From Octopus vulgaris (Eukaryota), in NCBI GenBank assembly GCA_951406725.2, contig OX597827.1, positions 6,882,001-6,946,000 of the forward strand: a stretch of DNA of 64,000 nt. The letters are read 5' to 3'. Of the stretch, positions 55,210-64,000 are shown piece by piece. The translations under genes and the position numbers were made by a program. Below the pieces are notes generated by a model. That model ran no database searches and was not told where the DNA came from. It was given only the letters and a program-made list of their open reading frames with translations. Every line of letters starts with the position of its first letter. The stretch's first letter is position 1.

Positions 55210-57606
55210 CTGCTGATGACGTCTTAATGTTGGGTTATGCCATCTATTACCTGGCATGGTTCTGCAGTGAATATCTTCTCTGTCTATGATTGGTTGTTGA
55301 GATTTCTTCAGGTTTCTCTCCAATGTGTACTGAACTCCAGGAGGAACACAAGTAGGATCAAATATATATTTCGATTGCATGTTTAATGCAGGTGTAACCT
55401 TGTGGTACATATCAACACTGTTGTTATAGTTGCTGTCCGTCTGCTTCAGTCTATGAACTATACAGATTGATATAGAGATCACTATGACAACTGATATGAT
55501 CACAGCTGCTACAACAATAACAATCATCACATTCAATTGGAGACCATTACTTGATTCTGTTGTTGTCTTTGAAGGGGTCTTAAATATCTTTGATGTGGTG
55601 TTACTAACTGTTAGAGTCAAAGACAAAGTTGTTGTCGATGACAGAACTGGACTGCCACTGTCTTTCACACCTAATTCCAGTTCATAGAATCCAGCATCAT
55701 TTTGGTAAAGTGAGCGAGAGAAAGATAAGACACCAGAGTGATGGTTCATTTGAAATAAGTGTTTCTCATTACCTCTGAGTATTTCATATGTGAGGAAGGC
55801 ATTGTGTTGGCTGTCTCTGTCAGAGGCCCTAACAACTGTGATATCATGGTCAGAGTGGGGATGGTAGTGGACATTAAGACTGAAAGGGTCAACATTAGGG
55901 AAACTGAAATAGGGAGCATTATCATTTAAATCCATAACCTCAACAACAACATTTGCTCTCTTCTCCAGTGATGGTGTTCCTTTATCTTTTACTAAAACCT
56001 TAAACTCATACAGGTTCTTTTCTTCTCTGTCTAGGGACTCAGTTGTGGAAATGAATCCCACATCAGATATCTGAAATGGTAGAATATCTTTTCCATTAGA
56101 TAATAGAGAATAGGTTAATTGTCCTCCATCTCCAATATCTGGGTCTGTAGCATTGACATATCCAACAGGGAAGTCTTTGTGTTCATTTTCATAGGTGAGA
56201 AACTTAAATATGTCCTGACTAAACTGAGGTTGTACATCATTTATGTCAGTAACCAGCACAGAAAACTGTTTCTCTACTTTCAATGGAGGTGAACCATTAT
56301 CTTGACATTTAATGGTGAAATTAAAGCTCTTCTCTCTCTCTCTATCTATTTCACTCTTGACAACAATTTTGTATTTCTTTCCAGATACTGAGATTAGCTG
56401 AAGATATCTATTTTGTAAATGACACTTCACTTGTCCATTTTTTCCACCGTCGTTGTCAGTAACTTTGACATAAGCAACAAAACTTTGATTTCGAGTCCCT
56501 TCTGAGATGACAGCTGTGTTTCCAGTTGACTTTAAGAGAAACATGACATCAATATTGGGAGGATTGTTAAGATGACTGACACCATTTACAAGAACAGTAG
56601 CTCTTGAAATTCTGCGAGGAATACCATTATCTTTGGCTTCAATAAATAATTTATAGACTTTTCCAAACTGAAATTCGTTTGTTATATATATTTCTCCAGA
56701 GGTTTGATTTGAAATGAATTTTTTTCGGTCTTTTTCAGGGATATCAGGGCTGAAATTATACACAATTCTTCCATTATCTCCTTCATCTAAATCTGTTGCT
56801 GTTAATTTGATGATAGGCTTGTCCTTGCTGTGTGTATCATTTACTGTTACATTATATATACTTTGAGAGAATACAGGAGCATTATCATTTTTATCTCTCA
56901 CTAATATTTTTATGTCCAATACACTTTCCTTTGATGGTGATCCTCCATCTGCAGCAATTAGTTGAAGAGCATAACTTTCCTTTTTCTCTCGGTCAAGTTT
57001 CCCACCCAATATTAATTCAATGTTACTTTGCCTATCAGAAATACTTGAGACTGACAATTGGAATATATTTTCATGGTTATTCCTCAGTTGATAAGAAATT
57101 TCTGAGTTCTCAATACTGACATCTTTGTCAAAGGCATTTGGAATAATTTCTTTTATTCCCATGGGTACATTTTCATCAAATTTTAAATGAAATTCCTTGT
57201 CCGGAAACATGGGAGAATTATCATTGACATCTTCTATCATAATTTTGATTTCTAATATCTTCATAAAAGAATGGCCTTCTTGAACTGCTATTTCCAATAT
57301 CCTGAAACATTCCACATTATATTGACAAAGAGATTCTGCATCCAATATGGCAGCTGTGTGCAGTTGTCCTCCAGGTGTAACATTAAACAATTGAACACCT
57401 CCATCAGTGCCACCCTGGAGTATTTTAAATGTCAGTTTGTCCTGTGACTGTATATTATCCAGTAAGCGTGTATCACTGACAATATCTCCAATATAGCTGC
57501 GTACATCATTGTTCTCTTTCACATGGTAGGTATGATCAACACAAAAGCAGCTGTTAGCCATCAACATCACAATCATCAACAACACTGACAACATGGCTTC
57601 AGTCAT
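55210..57606 (-). CDS. Protocadherin copy A, large coding exon 1 (signal peptide, six cadherin repeats, transmembrane helix, start of cytoplasmic tail)
   Basis: ORF 55201-57606 has a hydrophobic N-terminus, EC1 C-x5-C (LCQYNVEC) and cadherin motifs LDRE/IDRE, DVNDNSP, DKNDNAP, DINDVQP, DLNDNAP, AxDxDxGxNG. TM VMIVIVVAAVIISVVIVISISICIV. Phase-0 donor CAG|GTCAGA at 55210. Acceptor (T)n-ATTTCAG at 57627 lies 20 nt upstream of the ATG. Confidence 0.97.
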
Positions 57607-57779
57607 TTAAGCATTAATTCAAATAACTGAAATAAAAAAAAAAAGTAGGTAAAATTTTATGTAATACCAACTATTTTCAATAATTTAGTCAATGTATTAT
57701 GATTCCAACCATTACATAATCCTCTTCTAATTTTTAATTCTCTATCTCAGGTGTATATTCAATTTTGATTTGGACATTC

Positions 57780-58330
57780 TCTTTGTATTACTTATCTCCT
57801 CAATACAATTACTTTGATTATATTAAACTGTTAATGGACTCAACTTCCTCCAGCCTATTCTTATTCTAGCTACTACACTTTCATAACATCCTTTTTCATT
57901 ACTAATTTAGTCACTTAGGTAACAGAAAATATCTACCCTAGGCATTTCAGAAATTAATTCCTATGTACCCTAACTACTTATTGTTCCAGCACATCTGACA
58001 CATACAAAGACGACTTTCTGTCAACCTACCTCTGAATTCACTGCACCTTTTATATGTCCATAGCTTGCACTGGGTGCAACAAATGAAGTTTCTTCCAAAT
58101 CCTTTCCTACATATTATGCAAGGTCATTTACCTAATAGGAAAAGTCTTACCTATAGTCTTGCTAACAACTTTTGGCCTTTGCAAAGTTAACTTTAAGACC
58201 CTTTGATTCCATACTTGGAATTTCTTTTCCATATCCACTACAGATTCTACTATAAGAGCAAGGCCATCAATATATACTAGTTCACATGGGCATTCAGTCT
58301 TAACTTCCTCTGTTGTGGCCTGCGGGACTG
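57780..58330 (-). mobile_element. Degenerate RTE LINE RT/C-terminal fragment upstream of protocadherin A
   Basis: Minus-strand TEEVKTECPCEL.., ESKG.KVN.AK.K, FCYL.D.IS..GCYESVVARIRIGWRK. Confidence 0.7.
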
Positions 58331-59798
58331 TTTTGTCCTATAACATTATTTGAACTCTCATCACTGAGTGGGTGAGTGGTGTTGAGTGAGGTACACAAAG
58401 TCACCTATCTCAATACCTCTCGCCCTCTCAGATGAGGGAGTTTTGTCTTGCAAGTTAACTTGGTGACCCTTCTGGTGCAACATAAAAAGCACCCATTACA
58501 CTCTATAAAGGTGTTAGGAAGGTCGAGTGCTGTATTCACTTCTGTCAAACTGTCCAAACCATGCCAGTATTGTAATCAGATGCTAAATGATGATGATTGG
58601 TAATCACAGATATATGTTCATAAAAGCTAGAGATATCTCAAGAGATTTTGAAGTCATGTAGGCCTTGATGAGGTTGCACTGCTGGTAATTTTGACATATT
58701 GAATGGGATGATCTTAAATCTGCTGTTACAGAGTGAGTTACAATGAGTTAAAAAGCGATTCTGAGGACCTTGTAGTTTCTATGCCCAGAAACTGGCTTGA
58801 AACTTAGTTATACACTACAATTGGTTATTTCATAAGGCAGAACAATAAAAAGAAACTTTCAATGACATTTAAAGTTATTCAGTTCACTGACAGTGTAATC
58901 TTTGGCACTTTACGATGCATTTGGTTAATAATGTGTTATGGCAGTGAGCTATGAGAAGGAAGTATGATCACTGACAAGGTTTCACATCCAAAGAATTCAG
59001 CAATAGATCATCAAACAGAAGATAGGATATTCTCAAAGGAAACAATTCATCAGTCAATGTCAGTAAGTTTATAACATAGCACCAGCTGGAGCAATCACAG
59101 TTCCCTTGATTTTGGTTTAATACTGATATCCAAGTGGACAGAAACCAGAGAGGAAGTGTTGACTGGGCAATCAAATCTCATAAAAATCCAAGTTCTTTAT
59201 AAATTTCTTGAGGTGATTTACATCACAGTATATTTATAATCTAGTAGTTTTGTCTAAAGGATATTATATCACAAGCCAAAATACTGTCAGTAATCTCACT
59301 GTCACGTTAACTACATAGTCAATAAATTTATTGTGACACTGAAAATATTAAATGCTTAAAAGGTTAAGGATAAGCAAAAGTGAAACTAAATTAAAACAAT
59401 AAACTTTAGTTTGTTACAATATGTTACTTAAACCAAAACCTCTCTCATCATCATCATTTAATGTCCGTCTTCCATGCTGGCATGGGTTGGAGAGTTTGAC
59501 CCAAAACTGGTAAGCTAGGGAGCTGTACCAGGTTCTAACCTCTGATTTGGCATGGTTTCTACAGCTGGATGACTCTGTTTTCTTAACCTTTTGTAAACAA
59601 TATTACTTTGATAATTAACAATAGAAATTTATAATGAAATAACTGAGTATTTTATTTAAGTTTTTCATTAACTTCAAAGTAATAGTATTGAAGTTATGAC
59701 ATTATCTCTGTTACTGATAATATTGTTTCAAGTGAAAAGATCCTTATTATAGAATAGTCAAATTATACTGAACAAAAATAATATAAATAAGTACTTAC

Positions 59799-60880
59799 CA
59801 ACAGTTGTCAGATGTTTATACAGTTGTCACAGAACTGCTTGAAAGTTCTTCCAACAAAGTTGTTGTTATTGTTACAAATGGAGTTCTCAAAAGTTTGGTA
59901 TGTGTTATGCAGTTCTATCAAGCTGGTTTGTATAGTATGTGTGTTGTAGCCAATGACAAGCTGTCTATTATTCCAATGCAAGGAAACGGAAATACAGCCT
60001 CCAGTTCTTGCAGTAAATGATGGGCTGACTCACAGACTGGTTCACATAACACCACACACTAATATACACATAAGTGTATGAATGTGTGTGTAAGTAAAAT
60101 GTACAAAATTAAATCACAGGAAATATTTGACGCTCAGAAAACTGAGGTTGAGAAATGGACTCGCATGGAAAATTTTGATATTAAATATTTGTGAGATGTT
60201 GGATAAAAACAAAAAAAAAAAATTTTTTGTGCAAGTTTTGTATTAAAGAGTAATAAACAATTTCTAAAGCCACGCTTAAAAAGGTAAGCCTAAAATGTAT
60301 TCCCATAAGAATATGGAAATAGAATATGAATTAAAAATATGAATGTTTATAAAGTGACTTTTCAAAAGAAAAAAGCATTTACGAAACAGCGGCTCTAAAT
60401 AAACAAATATAAAAGTAAGAGCGACGCGCCTTAAAAAAGTATTTTTATAAAAAATTCATAAAATTTGGTCGATGGACTCAGTTTTTCTCTTCTCATTAAA
60501 GATATTCGTTTTACATGGAATCGTAAAGCTAAGTTTATATTTAAGGTATTTAGTATAAAGATTAGACGTAGAAGAAATAAAAATATTCATTGAGGATATA
60601 TCGAATTTAATTCCCTAAATAGCCGAAAATATATATTTAACGCTAATTTAAGTAAATTTTATTGAAAGTTTCGGGATTATTTACGTTATCAGAATTTATA
60701 TTTTGAAGAAATTGTTGAGAAATTTTCTTCGTTAAGAAAATATTTTTTTAAAATGTAAACAATAATCAAGGGAGGTAACTGTTAAAAACTGTTATACAAA
60801 GCAATCAGGAATGGAATTTAGGAATAATATTACTGAACGGGATTATATCTCACACACATTCCAGAATTTGTAAACACGAG
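59799..60880 (-). promoter_or_regulatory. Putative promoter and non-coding first exon of protocadherin copy A
   Basis: Strong donor TG|GTAAGTAC at 59799 would pair with the otherwise unpartnered acceptor at 57627. Local CpG retention (60380-60880) in a CpG-poor window. The block is duplicated at about 49.6-50.9 kb. TSS not located. Confidence 0.5.
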
Positions 60881-61060
60881 TGTGTGTGTGTATATATACA
60901 CACACACACACACACCTGTGTTTACAAATTGTAAAATATATGGCTCGTTTTCTGCCAAAGATAAATTCTCAGGAATATCGTTCAATACTTTAAAATAATG
61001 GTAGTAACTGTTTCAATAAGGTTTAAGTAATGTCTTATTGATGACAATAATATTTTAGTG

Positions 61061-61407
61061 TTAATGTAATGCTATGGTGTTGTTTGGTGTAGCTAGAACA
61101 GGTACCTGAAGTGCTGAGGGTACCTTTGGTAGCGTTGTTACTTTAGGTACCGCTGGTAGAGGTGGTTTATTATCTGAAGTAAAGTAACTTGTCATTGGCG
61201 TTGTAGATGGATGTTCAGTTATCTTAGATGTGGTACCAGTTATATTCAAAGGTATTTGGTCAGGATGACAGACTGTGTTAGTATCAAGGTTTGGTTGGTA
61301 AGTATATCCAGGGTGTTGATTGTTGTTATCTCCTCTCGATCTGTCCAGTGTGTGTGGAAGCTGTTTTCTCCCGTTCCATGTATGTTCAATTTGGTAACGA
61401 CACAGAT
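61061..61407 (-). CDS. Protocadherin copy B, terminal coding exon 3
   Basis: Acceptor TTTCTAG; 347 nt open to TAA. Includes ORF-track peptide ...KPPLPAVPKVTTLPKVPSALQVPVLATPNNTIALH; 21 nt longer than copy A. Confidence 0.85.
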
Positions 61408-61726
61408 CTAGAAATATATAAATTTATCGGTTATCTGATGCCCCAAACTGTTAACAGAATGGAGAACATTAAATTTTCCTATCCATGAAAGGAAAGAAGT
61501 TCCCTCTGCAACCACATGGTTTCAAATTCAGTCTCACTACTTTGCACCTTGGGCAAATTTGTTGAAGAGGTCGCCTAAAATTTTACACGCAGGTTTAGTA
61601 GACGGAAACTAAAAGAAGCCCGTTCAGTCTGTGTTCATGAATGCACGTGCATGTGTGTGTGTATGCGCATGTGCATTTATGTTCAATTGTCACTTCTGTC
61701 AATAACATTATTATTCAGTATCTACA

Positions 61727-61875
61727 CTCACGTAGTGGTTGGCGTTAGGAAGGGCATCCAGCCGTAGAAACACTGCCAGATCAGACTGGGCCTGATGCAG
61801 CCTTCTGGCTTCACAGACTCCAGTTGAACCGTCCAACCCATGCTAGCATGGAAAACAGACGTTAAATGATGATGA
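61727..61875 (+). mobile_element. RTE 3'-tail insertion in intron 2 of protocadherin B
   Basis: GTGGTTGGCGTTAGGAAGGGCATCCAGCCGTAGAAAC...CATGCTAGCATGGAAAACAGACGTTAAATGATGATGA. Confidence 0.82.
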
Positions 61876-62678
61876 TATATCTTTGTGGTCTTCTCATATG
61901 TCCACTATATCTCAACCAGATTTTCTTTCAGCCCAGTTGTGCTTAATATTTCATCTTTATAATACTAAAACTCTAGAGATGTTTGTGTGTACCCCAAATA
62001 TCTCAGAAATAGTATATTTTATCTTAATTTCTTTGCATGTCTATTTTCATACTTACCTACAGGAGTGCAGTACAAATTTTTGTGATATTTGGAACTATTT
62101 GTTAATTAGACATAGTTTTTTTGTTATTTCTTGATGACAAATACATCTCTGCTGTGACATCAACACACATGCAGAATACACACACATATAATGAATGTCG
62201 TGGCTTGTCAACACAAACTCACGTCAGCTACCTATGACATATGCACACACATAGTCTTCACACTCTTTAAGTAGAAAAAAAAAGAAAAAACCTCAATTTT
62301 TTGATGTACACAATATCTTATTCATTTAGAAATATTCCTAACTGAATATGATTTCAAAAATCTAAGTATTTAGATTTTAGATTTCTTTAAACAGAATATT
62401 TTAATGTTTTTTTTTTTTATTATTTTCAAGTAAATGGCAATCTTTTGCTTATCATCCAGAGTTCATTAATTTCTATAAAATTTTTTTATTTAATTACTTT
62501 TGTTTTAAAGTGAATAAGAGAGGAAAGTGAAAGATGTATGTACGTGTATATGAAATGGACGTGCATGAAAGAGAGAGAAAGAGTGAGTAAAGGGATGTGT
62601 TGTCATGTATACATACATCTTTTTTGTATTACATGTGTGTGTGAGAGAGAGTGAGTGAACGTGTGTGTTCTCATTGCA

Positions 62679-62710
<32 letters not shown>

Positions 62711-63121
62711 TATATTATACGCATATACCCACACAAACATGTACACACACACACACACACAAGTTTTCTTTTGTAAATTTATATTTTTATTTTTTGACTC
62801 ACATGCACAAATTTTGGTAGTAACTCCCCAAATGAAAGAGATATTTTAACAGCAAAAAACAAGAGGATCTTCTCACTCACTGTAGTAAAGTTTTGTTCTT
62901 TTTCAAAGTCTCCCATCAACAAAATTATATTACAAGTGTTAGTTTAGCTTGAAACTATGAAAGTAAGAGAAACCAGATGAAAATATTAAGCACCAGGACC
63001 AAACTCAATATTTTAACATTGCTGACTAAAATTCTTATCTACTAAACCATGCCAGTGACTATTATTATAAACATTCACAAACTCTAATGATTTGAAGGAA
63101 AACTTAATTATTTCAATTTAC

Positions 63122-63272
63122 CTGGCAGGGTTTCATAATGTCCAGCACTACCGACACTCCAGCCATGACTACTATCTGTGTGAGAAGACAAGATTGACAT
63201 TTCGCTGGTTTCATCGGCACTGCTTAGTTCTCTGTAACCTGGAGACATACTTTCTTCTCTTGGAACAAACAT
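63122..63272 (-). CDS. Protocadherin copy B, coding exon 2
   Basis: 151 nt with only about 3 substitutions versus copy A exon 2; TTTCTAG acceptor and CAG|GTAAAT donor. Confidence 0.87.
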
Positions 63273-63580
63273 CTAGAAACATAAAACAGAAAGATTGTAT
63301 GCCATAATATTCTATCATGGTATTATTGTCATTCATAATCTCTCATTTTACTTTTAAACTGAAATATTCTAGTAATCTTCATGTGAGTCAGTAAAGAAAA
63401 TTAATGAGTAATTTAGAATCTACATTTTTAAGATAAGAATTAATCAAAGAGAAAAATAATTTTTCTTTTATATTTTGCAACACAGCTTCAAAGGTTCTTG
63501 GTTAATTACAGCCTGCTTTATTATTAACTATGGAATTTTGAAAGGAGAAATATTTTGAAATTAAAAGAAAATTATCTCAC

Positions 63581-64000
63581 CTGCTGATGACGTCTTAATG
63601 TTGGGTTATCCCATCTATTACCTGGCATGGTTCTGCAGTGAATATCTTCTCTGTCTACCATTGGTTGTTGAGATTTCTTCAGATTTCTCTCCAATGTGTA
63701 CTGAACTCCAGGAGGAACACAAGTAGGATCAAATATATATTTTGATTGGATGTTTAATGCAGGTGTAACCTTGTGGTACATATCAACACTGTTGTTATAG
63801 TTGTTGTCTGTCTGCTTCAGTCTATGAACTATACAGATTGATATAGAGATCACTATGACAACTGATACGATCACAGCTGCTATAACAATAACAATCATCA
63901 CATTCAATTGGAGACCATTACTTGATTCTGTTGTTGTCTTTGAAGGGGTCTTAAATATCTTTGATGTGCTGTTACTAACTGTTAGAGTCAAAGACAAAGT
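63581..64000 (-). CDS. Protocadherin copy B, 3' end of large exon 1 (end of EC6, TM, juxtamembrane); truncated by the window edge
   Basis: Near-identical to 55210-55629. TM VMIVIVIAAVIVSVVIVISISICIV; donor CAG|GTGAGA at 63581. Confidence 0.93.

Overview
Eukaryotic, AT-rich, microsatellite- and transposon-saturated genomic DNA. The repeat repertoire and gene content point to an octopod cephalopod (inferred). The only host protein-coding genes are at the right end: two tandem, minus-strand protocadherins. Copy A is complete, with 3 coding exons (57606-55210, 54902-54752, 51226-50901; 957 aa as I splice it): signal peptide, 6 cadherin repeats, TM and a cytoplasmic tail. Copy B runs off the window (>64000-63581, 63272-63122, 61407-61061). 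Each copy carries its own cytoplasmic exons and is followed by a duplicated CpG-retaining block with a GTAAGT donor, which looks like the promoter and non-coding first exon of the next gene. The last such block (about 49.6-50.9 kb) has no cadherin exon downstream, suggesting a cluster edge. The left about 49 kb holds tRNA-derived SINEs, RTE/CRE/Penelope retroelement relics, Helitrons, mariner/pogo/hAT/piggyBac-type elements, long palindromes, degenerate hammerhead-like motifs and a U6 snRNA copy fused to a retroelement 3' tail. Almost all ORFs in the track are microsatellite artefacts.
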